From: a virus
Taxonomy: Duplodnaviria; Caudoviricetes
DNA length: 63,018 bases
Direction: 5' to 3' (one strand)
Virus record (IMG/VR): IMGVR_UViG_3300007541_000022
Coordinates: 1-63,018 of that record
Shown here: positions 39,415 through 49,474 of the stretch, piece after piece
Layout: every line of letters begins with the position of its first letter
Position numbering within the stretch: the stretch's first letter is position 1
Notes under the pieces: model-generated
What the model was told of the DNA's origin: nothing
Database searches by the model: none
What the model saw: the letters and a program-made list of their open reading frames with translations, nothing else
Program-made: the position numbers and the translations under genes

Positions 39415-40115
39415 TGATTAATTTACCGTTAACTAAACTTTTATTTTTTGATTTGGAAACTGTTGGTATTGAAAAAGACTTACCAACACTTAAAAAGAAT
39501 CGTCCTGAACTTGCAAGATTATTTGAAAGTTACTTGGATTGGTTTGTTAAAAAATACCCTGACCAAGAAGGAAAAACTCCAGAAGAGATTTTTGTAAACA
39601 AAGCGGCATTAGTTGCTGAATTTTCAAAAATCATAGTAGCATCTTTTTCGTTTATAACACCAAAAGGAGATGTTCATACACAAACTTTTGCTGAAGATGA
39701 TGAGAGAGTTTTACTAACACAAGTCAGAGATTTATTAAATAAAGTTGAGAAATTAGATTTTTACCTTTGTGGGCATAACATCAAATTTTTCGACATTCCT
39801 ACATTAGGTAAAAGATTTTTAACTAATGGTATTTTACCACCTAAAATATTACCAACATATGAAACTAAACCATGGGAAATTAAAGCTTTAGATACTAAAG
39901 AAGTGTGGCAGTTTGGTAATAATTTTGGAATATCCTCATTGGATTTAATGTGTGTTTCGATGGGGATTGATAGCCCTAAAACTGGTGAAGTTTCAGGTAA
40001 TTTAGTACACGACACATATTGGAACGCAAATGGGTTAACACCAATTGCTGATTACTGCGAAAAAGACGTAAATGTATTAGTAGAACTAATTAAAAAATTA
40101 TATAATTTAAGTTAA
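39414..40115 (+). CDS. PolB-like 3'-5' exonuclease (DEDDy)
   Basis: FFDLET, GHNIKFFDIP, YCEKDV. Confidence 0.85.
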   Translation: MINLPLTKLLFFDLETVGIEKDLPTLKKNRPELARLFESYLDWFVKKYPDQEGKTPEEIFVNKAALVAEFSKIIVASFSFITPKGDVHTQTFAEDDERVLLTQVRDLLNKVEKLDFYLCGHNIKFFDIPTLGKRFLTNGILPPKILPTYETKPWEIKALDTKEVWQFGNNFGISSLDLMCVSMGIDSPKTGEVSGNLVHDTYWNANGLTPIADYCEKDVNVLVELIKKLYNLS

Positions 40116-40118
40116 AAA

Positions 40119-40718
40119 ATGTTTGGTAAATTAAATGAACTAAGAGACAGTATGTCTCAATTAAGTGAACTACAAGAAAAATTAAGTGGGATGGATATGT
40201 CTGACCCACAATCAATGATGAATTCATTAGGTATTGATTATGAAGCATTAGAAAAGAGCTTCAATGAACAATACCATCAACCTGCAGAAATTGAGTATGT
40301 TTTAAAATCAATTAATCCTGAACCTATGTATCACTACGATAGTGATTCAGGTTTTGATTTGAGGTCAAACGAAAAAGTTACTTTAGAACCTTTTGAAAGA
40401 AAGTTAGTACCAACAGGATTATATATTAACGTACCTGCAAGATGTGAAGTACAAGTTAGACCTAAAAGTGGATTGGCACTTAAAAAAGGACTTACAGTTC
40501 TTAATACACCTGGTACTGTTGATGAAGGTTATACTGGTGAAATAAAAGTAATCCTAATTAATTTAAGTCAAGAAACTCAGATTATTGAGGTAGGGGACAA
40601 GATTGCACAGGCAGTAATATGTCCCGTAGTTCAAGGTAGAGATGTTGTCTTAAAAAGAGTTTTAGAAATTAAAGATAAAGACCGTAACGAAAACGGATTC
40701 GGTTCAACAGGAAATTAA
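40119..40718 (+). CDS. dut: Trimeric dUTPase with N-terminal extension
   Basis: SGFDL, RPKSGLA, GTVDEGYTGEI, GDKIAQ, RNENGFGSTG. Confidence 0.93.
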   Translation: MFGKLNELRDSMSQLSELQEKLSGMDMSDPQSMMNSLGIDYEALEKSFNEQYHQPAEIEYVLKSINPEPMYHYDSDSGFDLRSNEKVTLEPFERKLVPTGLYINVPARCEVQVRPKSGLALKKGLTVLNTPGTVDEGYTGEIKVILINLSQETQIIEVGDKIAQAVICPVVQGRDVVLKRVLEIKDKDRNENGFGSTGN

Positions 40719-40719
40719 T

Positions 40720-42012
40720 ATGATTACAATAGGATATAGTACAAAAAAGATAGACCCTAACTTTAGGGATTATATTGAAAAGTCTTGTGGTTTACATAAT
40801 GTTGAGGTTATACCTTTTGAAAACCCTGGTACTCACTCATTAACAGAAGCATATAATATTTTATTAGAAAAGGCTTCTAATGATATTGTCGTACTATGTC
40901 ATGATGACATTTATTTTGAAAAGAATAATTGGGGTAATAAAATATTAAAACATTTTAAAAGAAATCCTGATTACGGTATTTTAGGTGTTGCAGGTTCTAA
41001 ATACATGCCAAGAACTGGTATGTGGTGGGAAGTTCAAACAGAAATGATTGGGATTGTTAACCACGAACACGAAGGTAAAAAGTGGACATCAAAGTATAGT
41101 GAAGATATCGGTAATAAGATAAATGATACTATAATTGTTGATGGTCTGTTTATGGTCGTTAATAAACCAAATATTAAAAAGAATTTTAATACTGAGGTAA
41201 AAGGATTTCATTTTTATGATGTTGATTTTTGTTTTAGAAACTTTTTAGAAAATGTTAAAATTGGAGTTTTCTTTGATGTTAGAATCACACACAAGTCTAT
41301 CGGTATGACTAATGAACAATGGGAAAAGAACAGACAGCAATTTGCTGAAACGTATAAAGAAAATCTACCCATTTTATTACCAACAACATTTACCAAGAAA
41401 GAACCTAAAAAGGGTGAACCATTAGTGACTATTTCATTACCAATATATAATCAAGCAAAAAGATTAAATCTAACAATAGAATCAATATTCAAACAAGATT
41501 ACACAAATTTTGAAATAATCATAATTAATGATAATTCAACTGATGAATATTGTTTAATGAAGTTATCAACATTAAAAGACCATCAAAATATAAAGGTTCT
41601 TAATAAAAAAAATGAAGATTCTTTTAAATCACGTATATTATCAATAAATGAAGGTAATGGTGAATTTATATTATCATTAGATGAAGGAGATATGGTACTA
41701 CCAGGATATATTAAGAGTGGGGTCTCAATAATAAAAAATAACCCTAAAATAAGTCCTGTATATTGTGATATTATTCATGTAGGTAAAAAACAAGGTCTTG
41801 AACAAAAACAAAATTGGTCAATTAATTCAATTAATGATGAAACTCTTATCATTAATAATTCAATATTTTCTAAAGAATCCTATGAAAAATCAATGAAAAA
41901 TGATGGTTTATTAGATAAAAATAATGAAAGTATTATTTATAAAAATATGAGTAATATCGGATTATTAGGTAAAAGAATACCTAAAGGATTAATGGTAAAA
42001 TTTAATTATTAA
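40720..42012 (+). CDS. Two-domain GT-A (GT2-like) glycosyltransferase
   Basis: Domain 1 LCHDDI, GVAG, DGLFM, FHFYDVDF; domain 2 VTISLPIYN...IINDNSTD with degenerate DxD. Confidence 0.8.
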   Translation: MITIGYSTKKIDPNFRDYIEKSCGLHNVEVIPFENPGTHSLTEAYNILLEKASNDIVVLCHDDIYFEKNNWGNKILKHFKRNPDYGILGVAGSKYMPRTGMWWEVQTEMIGIVNHEHEGKKWTSKYSEDIGNKINDTIIVDGLFMVVNKPNIKKNFNTEVKGFHFYDVDFCFRNFLENVKIGVFFDVRITHKSIGMTNEQWEKNRQQFAETYKENLPILLPTTFTKKEPKKGEPLVTISLPIYNQAKRLNLTIESIFKQDYTNFEIIIINDNSTDEYCLMKLSTLKDHQNIKVLNKKNEDSFKSRILSINEGNGEFILSLDEGDMVLPGYIKSGVSIIKNNPKISPVYCDIIHVGKKQGLEQKQNWSINSINDETLIINNSIFSKESYEKSMKNDGLLDKNNESIIYKNMSNIGLLGKRIPKGLMVKFNY

Positions 42013-42013
42013 T

Positions 42014-42715
42014 ATGAAATTATATTCTACAATAAATGAATATATACAAAAAGAAAATAAGTCATATTTGAAGTATAAAGTAATCGACTCAAATATTACC
42101 TTATTTGAAGGTACTAAAGATGAATGTTTAAAATATATTGACTCAAAAGTTAATAAAGATACTAAGAAAGTTATAATTGTTGGTCCTTCACCTCACCTCA
42201 TTAATTTAAATTTAGGAGAAAAAATAGATAGTTATGATGTTGTTGTTAGAATGAATAACTCATACACAATAAGTAACCATAAAGACTTTGGTAGTAGGAC
42301 TGATTATTTATTTTTAAATCAAATGTGGGTTAGAAATAATAAATCATTAATACCCGATTTAAAAAGAAAATTCAAAGAAAATTTAATAATAAAACAAGAA
42401 AATTTAAATTCAAAGGCACCAAAAGGGTATAACTTAAATACTAATTGGAGTTCTAATATGGGGGTATTGACCATTTTACATTTAATTAATGAAGGTTATA
42501 AAAATATATCTTTAACAGGTTTTTCTTTTTATCAAAATCATCCATTTTATGTTGATGAGCATTTCCATAACCAAAAAGGTATGGTTTTAAAAGGAGAGAG
42601 TCACCCACAAAAAAAAACAATTAAAGAAATTAATGAATTTATTAAATTAAATCATATCCATTTAATGGATGATACCAAATATTGGTTTGATTTAACTAAA
42701 GAAAAATATCTATAA
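42014..42715 (+). CDS. GT29-like sialyltransferase
   Basis: Sialylmotif L-like VIIVGPSPHL..LNLGEKIDSYDVVVRMN; S-like SNMGVLTI...ISLTGFSFY; VS-like His (ESHP). Confidence 0.72.
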   Translation: MKLYSTINEYIQKENKSYLKYKVIDSNITLFEGTKDECLKYIDSKVNKDTKKVIIVGPSPHLINLNLGEKIDSYDVVVRMNNSYTISNHKDFGSRTDYLFLNQMWVRNNKSLIPDLKRKFKENLIIKQENLNSKAPKGYNLNTNWSSNMGVLTILHLINEGYKNISLTGFSFYQNHPFYVDEHFHNQKGMVLKGESHPQKKTIKEINEFIKLNHIHLMDDTKYWFDLTKEKYL

Positions 42716-42716
42716 T

Positions 42717-43367
42717 ATGGCTATTTTGAGACCCAACCACCCAATGTTCTTAAGTGATGGACCAATTTTTATACATATTGGTAAATGTGGAGGTAGCACT
42801 TTAAGAACCGTTATTAAACACAAATATGAAATTCATTTACAAAGAGTAAAATTTTCTAATGATGACAAATATTTTATATCACTCAGAAACCCTATTGACC
42901 GTTTTATTTCCGCCTTTTACTATAGAAAAAATGAATTCTTATCTGGTCGTGGGGGTAAATATATCTTAAATGAAAGTAAAATTTTTAATTCAGTAGACAA
43001 TGTTTATGATTTTACCGAAAACTTATTTGATTATAATATAGAAAATGTTAATGGTGTTGCCCATATCGGCGAGTCAATTTCATATTACTTATCACCAATC
43101 ATTACTAAATTAAATAAAAAAAATGTGACTAATATTTTTACGACACATTTTTTAGATGAAGAATTGAAAAAGGTTGTCCCTGACTATAAAAGAAAGGTAT
43201 TAAAAGATAACTCAAAAAATAAACCAAATAAAAAACTTAGTGAATTATCAATTAAAAATTTAAATAAGTTTTTAGAAAAAGATTTTAAAATAATTGATGA
43301 GCTATATAAAAAGGATTTATTAACTGATAAACAATATGAAATTTTGAGTAAGAAAGACGGTTGGTAA
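42717..43367 (+). CDS. Carbohydrate sulfotransferase (Sulfotransfer_2-like)
   Basis: 5'-PSB FIHIGKCGGSTL and 3'-PB LRNPIDRFISAFYY; C-terminal KDF. Confidence 0.82.
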   Translation: MAILRPNHPMFLSDGPIFIHIGKCGGSTLRTVIKHKYEIHLQRVKFSNDDKYFISLRNPIDRFISAFYYRKNEFLSGRGGKYILNESKIFNSVDNVYDFTENLFDYNIENVNGVAHIGESISYYLSPIITKLNKKNVTNIFTTHFLDEELKKVVPDYKRKVLKDNSKNKPNKKLSELSIKNLNKFLEKDFKIIDELYKKDLLTDKQYEILSKKDGW

Positions 43368-43370
43368 AAG

Positions 43371-43664
43371 TTAAAAAAATACAGTATCACTAATACCCTT
43401 ATCATCAATATAAACATCAGCATATTTCTTTATACCGACTCTTAACTCATCATATGAAACCCCCCATGAATCTAATTGATTTTTAGTTAAATCAAACCAA
43501 TTAATTCCGGTGACACTACCTCTGGCAGTGTCGATAATAATACGGTTACCTTCTGAATGTAATTTATTTACCCTGTCTATTCTATCTTGTATTGGTGTTG
43601 AATTTTTGTAATCACCATCCACTGTTATACACAAAGTATTGTCTAAATCAAAACAGTATATCAT
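43371..43664 (-). CDS. Small capless HAD phosphatase (capsule-biosynthesis type)
   Basis: YCFDLDNTLC, DTARG, K..ADVYIDDK. Confidence 0.8.
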   Translation of the reverse strand: MIYCFDLDNTLCITVDGDYKNSTPIQDRIDRVNKLHSEGNRIIIDTARGSVTGINWFDLTKNQLDSWGVSYDELRVGIKKYADVYIDDKGISDTVFF

Positions 43665-44515
43665 TTTAAATCACCTCTTAATTTTCTTAATGCTGGCATT
43701 TCAGAATCTAATACATACTTTTCTGAAGTACCCATAGCATTTTCAACTTGATTAATATACTTAATAATTTTCTTTACACCATCTAACTCTAAAGAACCTA
43801 TGTGGTCAGTACCTTTCATAGTTCTATCCAAAGTAAAATGTCTTTCGATAATTTTTGCCCCCATAACATATGCAGCAATATCAGGTGCAATACTCATATG
43901 ATGACCACTTAAACCAAAACCTTTAATTATTTTACCATATTTTTGTTTATATGTGTTAATTACATTTAGATTAATATCCGTATCTGCGCAAGGATATGAG
44001 CTTGTACACTGCATCAAATATTTATCAACATCCGAAAAAATCTCAATAGCATCATCCACTTCTTCCATAGTTGACATACCTGTAGAAATTATAGTTGGGA
44101 CACCTTTTTTAGACGCTTTAATCAATAAGTCTTTATCTGCCATTCTTTGAGATGCGATTTTTAAATATTTTACATTACACTCATCCACCAAAAAGTTTAA
44201 GCTGTTCTCGTCAGTAAAACTTGAAATGAAATCAAATCCTCTGTCTTCAGAATACTTTTTTAAATTAATAAAATGTTCATGACTTAATTCTAGTGCCTTT
44301 CTATGTTCGTAATAAGTTTTACCAAATGAATTTGGGTTGTTATATAACATGTTTTTTTGTTCCTCACTCAAACATGTTTCAATATCTCTTTTAGCCGTTT
44401 TAATTGCTGATACACCAGTACCGACTAATTGGTCAACCATTTTTTTCGCAATGTTTATATCACCTTGGTGATTTTGACCGATTTCGGCAATAAAGTATAA
44501 TTTATTAGTATCCAT
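43661..44515 (-). CDS. neuB: NeuB-family nonulosonate (sialic acid/KDN) synthase, no C-terminal SAF domain
   Basis: FIAEIGQNHQGD, LKIAS, IISTGMST, MQCTSSYP, GLSGH, IIERHFTLDRTMKGTDH. Confidence 0.92.
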   Translation of the reverse strand: MDTNKLYFIAEIGQNHQGDINIAKKMVDQLVGTGVSAIKTAKRDIETCLSEEQKNMLYNNPNSFGKTYYEHRKALELSHEHFINLKKYSEDRGFDFISSFTDENSLNFLVDECNVKYLKIASQRMADKDLLIKASKKGVPTIISTGMSTMEEVDDAIEIFSDVDKYLMQCTSSYPCADTDINLNVINTYKQKYGKIIKGFGLSGHHMSIAPDIAAYVMGAKIIERHFTLDRTMKGTDHIGSLELDGVKKIIKYINQVENAMGTSEKYVLDSEMPALRKLRGDLK

Positions 44516-45258
44516 TATTTTATGTTTTTATTTATTTGATTTATCATTTTTATTTTTTCTTCTGATGTGACTATGTTGTTAGCGATATCAAAATAAGTTA
44601 AAAAAGATTTATTTTCAATATATCTTTTGTAAATGTCTTTAGACAAATTAAAATCTTCCTCATCATCAATAGTTAGACGAATACTTTTAATTTTTTCTTC
44701 ATTGTCAATTTTAAGTTTTTTTACCCTGAATGTCTTTTCGTTTTCGTAAATATAATTTGTAACATGCTCAAAGTAAAACTCATTAGTTGTCAACTCTTTT
44801 ACTTTTCTTAATGATTCAGTTTTAACTAACTCGGTAAAGAATCCTGAGTGTGACTTCATGGCTGGTGTGTTGTCTGAATAAAAGAAACTTATATAGTCGT
44901 CATTATCATATTCGTCAATTAATCTTTTTATTTCACTATTTTGAATGAATGGATTATCAGCACATATACGGATTACAAAATCTAAATTTTCATTATCACA
45001 TATATCAATAAATCTAGATAATACATCATTTTCCGAACCATAGTAAGTTTTAATACCTAACTTGTTTGCGTATTCGCCTAACAATTTATTTTCAATAGAC
45101 TCTGAAGTTGCAAGTATAATATCGGAAGACTTAAATTCTTTTAATAAGTTAGTTATTATAACTTCAATTAAAGTAAGTTCATCATAAAATGGTCTTATCA
45201 TTTTATTTTTAAGTCTTGTAGAACCTAATCTAGCTTGTATTACTATCTTATACATCAT
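44515..45258 (-). CDS. CMP-nonulosonate synthetase-like cytidylyltransferase (SpsF/NeuA/KdsB family)
   Basis: IQARLGSTRL.NK, GSENDVLSRF, RICADNPF, EHVT, RLTIDDEED. Confidence 0.88.
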   Translation of the reverse strand: MMYKIVIQARLGSTRLKNKMIRPFYDELTLIEVIITNLLKEFKSSDIILATSESIENKLLGEYANKLGIKTYYGSENDVLSRFIDICDNENLDFVIRICADNPFIQNSEIKRLIDEYDNDDYISFFYSDNTPAMKSHSGFFTELVKTESLRKVKELTTNEFYFEHVTNYIYENEKTFRVKKLKIDNEEKIKSIRLTIDDEEDFNLSKDIYKRYIENKSFLTYFDIANNIVTSEEKIKMINQINKNIK

Positions 45259-45824
45259 AACATTTGAAGCTCTACACCGTTAACTTTACATCTGGCTTCA
45301 ATTTCGTTTTTAATCATACTTAAAACTCTTTCAGGTAGAACTCCTGTAAATTTTTCATTATATCCAGCACTTTTGGCAATACCATATGTTGTTATTTTTT
45401 TAATACCATTATAAACACACCATTCAACAGATGTATTTGCACTGTTTATTGCCGTTTGAAAATTAGGGAACCCATGTACTGGATTGGATGTTAATAAATT
45501 ATAAGGATACCATAAACATTCTAATTCAGGTGCAGAATCTTTTATTAGTGTCCATGGTTTATTTGGGTCGGGTTTACCAACATGTAAACCTAAATGTGGA
45601 AAATAAGGTAAAACAATAATTTTTACCATTTTTAACTTTTCTCGGTCCATCTTATCAAAGTTATGAAAATCATTAAAAACAACAACATCCGGCTCATCAA
45701 CCTCATTTACTGTCTCATTAATACAAATGTGTATTTGATTTTCTTTTTTATCAACTTTTTTAAAAGTAGGACCTTTTCCAAATATAACCGCTTCTACACC
45801 TAAAAACCCAAAATTATTTTTCAT
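45255..45824 (-). CDS. Maf/GT29/GT42-fold putative nonulosonate transferase
   Basis: AVIFGKGPTF...ICIN at N-terminus and NSANTSVEW...GIKKITTYG resemble Maf/Cst-type Rossmann transferases; heads the neu operon. Confidence 0.5.
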   Translation of the reverse strand: MKNNFGFLGVEAVIFGKGPTFKKVDKKENQIHICINETVNEVDEPDVVVFNDFHNFDKMDREKLKMVKIIVLPYFPHLGLHVGKPDPNKPWTLIKDSAPELECLWYPYNLLTSNPVHGFPNFQTAINSANTSVEWCVYNGIKKITTYGIAKSAGYNEKFTGVLPERVLSMIKNEIEARCKVNGVELQML

Positions 45825-45916
45825 ATATCGTTTTTCTTTATTAAATAATAATTTTTTTTATCTTGAAATAAACACATAGAGTAAAATACATAAAATTAAA
45901 TCAATAGTAAAACATT

Positions 45917-46813
45917 ATGAGATTAATAACAGGTAACGGATTAGTTGGGTCGGCTTTAAAAGGGGATGTTAAAATCTCATCAAAAGATTTTGATTTAAGG
46001 GATACTGATTCAGTTAAATTAATGTACACATTAAACAAACCAACAGAGGTGATTCATACTGCAGCAAAGGTTGGTGGATTAGGTTCAAATATGAGATACA
46101 AAGGTGAATACTTTTATGATAACATAATGATGAACACAAATGTAATTGAACAAGCTAGACAAAACGGTGTTGAGAAGTTAGTTGCATTTTTATCCACTTG
46201 TGTTTTTCCTGATGATGTTGAGTATCCTCTGACCGAGAAAAAAATTCATTTAGGTGAACCTCACACATCTAACTATGCATATGCACATGCCAAAAGAATG
46301 ACAGACATTCAAATTAGGGCTTATAGGGAGCAGTATGGATTACAATATAAGTCAGTAATACCAACCAACATATATGGACCAAATGATAATTTTTCATTGA
46401 CTCACGGACACGTGATGCCAATGTTAATACATAAAATGTATTTGTCGCAAAAAAATAACGACCCTTTTGAAGTATGGGGAACAGGTAAACCCTTAAGAGA
46501 ATTTATTTACTCTAAAGATGTTGCCGACTTAACAGAATGGGTTATGAATAATTACGATGAAGATGAACCAATTATCCTTTCAACATCACAAGAAATATCA
46601 ATTAGAGATTTAGTTGATTTATTAGTGCAAGAGTTTAACTTTAAGGGTAAAGTAATTTTTAATGAGTCTAAACCAGATGGTCAATATAGAAAACCATCGG
46701 ATAACTCAAAAATAAAAAGTTACCTACCCAACTTTCAATTTACACCGATTGAAAAAGGGATAAAAGAAACAGTAAATTGGTTTATTGAAAACTATGAGTC
46801 AACAAGAAAATAA
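45917..46813 (+). CDS. fcl: GDP-L-fucose synthase
   Basis: ITGNGLVGSA, HTAAKVGG, LSTCVFP, YAHAKR, PTNIYGPNDNF, WGTGKPLREF, KPDGQ. Confidence 0.95.
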   Translation: MRLITGNGLVGSALKGDVKISSKDFDLRDTDSVKLMYTLNKPTEVIHTAAKVGGLGSNMRYKGEYFYDNIMMNTNVIEQARQNGVEKLVAFLSTCVFPDDVEYPLTEKKIHLGEPHTSNYAYAHAKRMTDIQIRAYREQYGLQYKSVIPTNIYGPNDNFSLTHGHVMPMLIHKMYLSQKNNDPFEVWGTGKPLREFIYSKDVADLTEWVMNNYDEDEPIILSTSQEISIRDLVDLLVQEFNFKGKVIFNESKPDGQYRKPSDNSKIKSYLPNFQFTPIEKGIKETVNWFIENYESTRK

Positions 46814-47786
46814 AGTTGCACTAATAACAGGAATTAATGGACAGGACGGTTCATATTTAGCAGAATTTTTATTAGACAAAGGTTATGAGGTATGGGGAAC
46901 AGTAAAAAGAAACTCAGTATCTGAAAACCAAACAAATCGATTAGGTTTAACATATTACAAGATTAAAGATAATTTAGAGTATGTTGACATGACTGACTTA
47001 TCTTCATTAGTTAGGATAATACAAAAATGTAAACCTAATGAGATATATAATTTAGCAGCACAATCACACGTTAGAATATCTTTTGACCAACCTATCTACA
47101 CTGCAAATGTAACAGGTATAGGTACTCTTAATTTATTAGAAGCAGTAAAATTAATCGACCCAACAATTAAAATATACCAAGCATCTTCATCAGAAATGTT
47201 TGGTAATAATATTGACGATGACGGATTTCAAAGAGAAACAACTCCAATGAATCCTGTATCACCTTATGGGTGTGCTAAAGTTTTCTCGTATAATATTAGT
47301 AGAAATTACCGAAACTCTTACGGTATGTTTATATCAAATGGAATTTTATTTAATCACGAATCACCAAGAAGAGGGACAAATTTTGTCACTAATAAAGTGG
47401 TAAAAACTGCGGTTGAAATAAAAATGGGTATTAAAAATGAATTGTTATTAGGTAATATGGACGCAACCAGAGACTGGGGTCATGCTAAAGATTATGTAGA
47501 AGCAATGTGGTTAATACTACAACAAAATGAACCAAATGATTATGTGTGTTCTACAGGAATATCACATACCGTTAGAGACTTAGTTAATTATGTATTTAAA
47601 AAATTGGATTTAGACCCTATATTATATGTTAAACAAGATAATAAATTTTTAAGACCTGAAGAATTAACAGACTTAAAAGGTGACAGTAGTAAATTAAGAA
47701 AAGAAACAGGATGGTCCCCCAATTACACTTTCGAATCGATGTTAGATGAAATGATAGATTATTGGATAAAAAGGTACCAACTATAA
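46794..47786 (+). CDS. gmd: GDP-mannose 4,6-dehydratase
   Basis: ALITGINGQDGSYLAE, YNLAAQSHV, YQASSSEMFG, SPYGCAK, GILFNHESPRRG, RDWGHAKDYV. Confidence 0.97.
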   Translation: MSQQENKVALITGINGQDGSYLAEFLLDKGYEVWGTVKRNSVSENQTNRLGLTYYKIKDNLEYVDMTDLSSLVRIIQKCKPNEIYNLAAQSHVRISFDQPIYTANVTGIGTLNLLEAVKLIDPTIKIYQASSSEMFGNNIDDDGFQRETTPMNPVSPYGCAKVFSYNISRNYRNSYGMFISNGILFNHESPRRGTNFVTNKVVKTAVEIKMGIKNELLLGNMDATRDWGHAKDYVEAMWLILQQNEPNDYVCSTGISHTVRDLVNYVFKKLDLDPILYVKQDNKFLRPEELTDLKGDSSKLRKETGWSPNYTFESMLDEMIDYWIKRYQL

Positions 47787-47804
47787 TTAAACAATTAAAA
47801 TTAA

Positions 47805-48521
47805 ATGACAAACAGAACTAAAAAAATCGAGACAACGCCCTCTAATAAACCAATTAAGGAAGTTATTAGAAGCATCGTTGGGAAGACACCAAGAAAAAAA
47901 TTCTTGTCAAATGGTCAAAAAGAATATTATGATATTCTATTAAACAATGAGATTACTATTTGTACAGGACCTGCAGGTGTTGGTAAATCGTATATCGCAA
48001 TGAAAGCGGCAGTAGAATTATTGATGGATAATAATAATTCATATGAAAAGATTATTATTGTCAGACCTGCGGTTGAAGCGGAGGAGAAGTTAGGGGCTTT
48101 ACCAGGTAATCTTGAAGAAAAATTAGACCCATATATTTTTCCATCGTACTACCTATTAAACAAAATCATAGGAAAAGAAGCAAGAGAAAAATTAAAAGAG
48201 TCTGACGTTATTGAGGTATTCGCATTAGCGTATATGAGAGGTATGAATATTGACAACTCAATATTAATTTTTGAGGAAGCTCAGAACTCAACACCGTCAC
48301 AGATGAAGTTATTATTGACAAGAATTGGTTTTAATAGTAAATTTTTTATATCTGGAGATATTGAACAGACCGATAGATATAAGGATAAAACACATTCGGG
48401 TCTATACGATGCGGTAAATAGATTTAAAGATATGGAAAATGTTGGTACATATTCATTTAATTCTAAGGATGTAATTAGAAATCCATTAATCACTAAAATA
48501 TTAGATAGATACGAAGAATGA
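47805..48521 (+). CDS. phoH: PhoH-family ATPase
   Basis: GPAGVGKS, RPAVE...LGALPG, LAYMRG, EEAQN, LTRIG, GDIEQTD, RNPLI. Confidence 0.93.
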   Translation: MTNRTKKIETTPSNKPIKEVIRSIVGKTPRKKFLSNGQKEYYDILLNNEITICTGPAGVGKSYIAMKAAVELLMDNNNSYEKIIIVRPAVEAEEKLGALPGNLEEKLDPYIFPSYYLLNKIIGKEAREKLKESDVIEVFALAYMRGMNIDNSILIFEEAQNSTPSQMKLLLTRIGFNSKFFISGDIEQTDRYKDKTHSGLYDAVNRFKDMENVGTYSFNSKDVIRNPLITKILDRYEE

Positions 48522-49168
48522 GAATAGCAATAGATGTTAATGGTGTATTAAGAGATACGTTTTTAAAGGCAGAACAACTGTATCAAAAATTCTATATTGA
48601 TGAATTTGAAGAAGAAAAAACGTCATCTTTTAATGAGGAGACTGAAGAATTTATCGAAGATGTTGTGGTAGATGATTTTAAATACGAATTAAATTTACCC
48701 GTTAAATCATTAGACGATTTAGAAAATCATTTTAAATTTAAGACTAAAGATGACCTCTTTAACTTTTTTTATATCGATTTCCCAATGCAAATTTTTGGTC
48801 ACGCACCTTCAACATCACCTTCATCATTCAACGAACTAAATGAAATTTATGAAGAACTTAGAGATGGTCATGATTTATTAATTGTTTCTGATGAAATTCA
48901 AAAATCAAAACCAGCAACTTTATTTTTTTTATCAAAATATGGTTCTTTAATTGAAAAAATTAAATTCTATTCTAACATTACTATAGATAGTATGTGGGAT
49001 GAAGTAGATATTTTAATAACTGCAAATCCAAATCATATCTTAAATGCACCGTTAGAAAAAACAATTGTAAAATATAAAACAACCTATAACGAAGATATTG
49101 AATCTGAATATACTATTGATAGTATTATTGATTTTAAAAAGTTATACAAAAATTTAAAATTAAAATGA
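48518..49168 (+). CDS. HAD-like 5'(3')-nucleotidase-related protein (possibly degenerate)
   Basis: MRIAIDVNGVLRD start; C-terminal TTYN; motif IV acidic residues not obvious. Confidence 0.55.
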   Translation: MRIAIDVNGVLRDTFLKAEQLYQKFYIDEFEEEKTSSFNEETEEFIEDVVVDDFKYELNLPVKSLDDLENHFKFKTKDDLFNFFYIDFPMQIFGHAPSTSPSSFNELNEIYEELRDGHDLLIVSDEIQKSKPATLFFLSKYGSLIEKIKFYSNITIDSMWDEVDILITANPNHILNAPLEKTIVKYKTTYNEDIESEYTIDSIIDFKKLYKNLKLK

Positions 49169-49470
49169 TGTTAGAACTATTGGGTGAAGCTTATTATGTA
49201 GATTTTATTAATTTGGAGGAATCTATTAATATCCCAAAAACAGAAAAATCCAATAAAGACGAAAAAGACGGTGAATTATTAGAAGAATCAGATACTCAAC
49301 AAATTAGTATTGTTAAATATGAAACCATAAAAATGATGTTAGAAGTAATTTTAACAGAAAGAGAAGAACTTGACGAAAACTTAGGTATTCATAATGCTAA
49401 AAATTTAAGCCTTCCCTTTAAAATTGCTTTTAATACATTATTAAGACACGGTATTATAAAACATTTATAA
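49165..49470 (+). CDS. Hypothetical protein
   Basis: Coupled ORF ending FKIAFNTLLRHGII. Confidence 0.65.
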   Translation: MMLELLGEAYYVDFINLEESINIPKTEKSNKDEKDGELLEESDTQQISIVKYETIKMMLEVILTEREELDENLGIHNAKNLSLPFKIAFNTLLRHGIIKHL

Positions 49471-49474
49471 AAAT

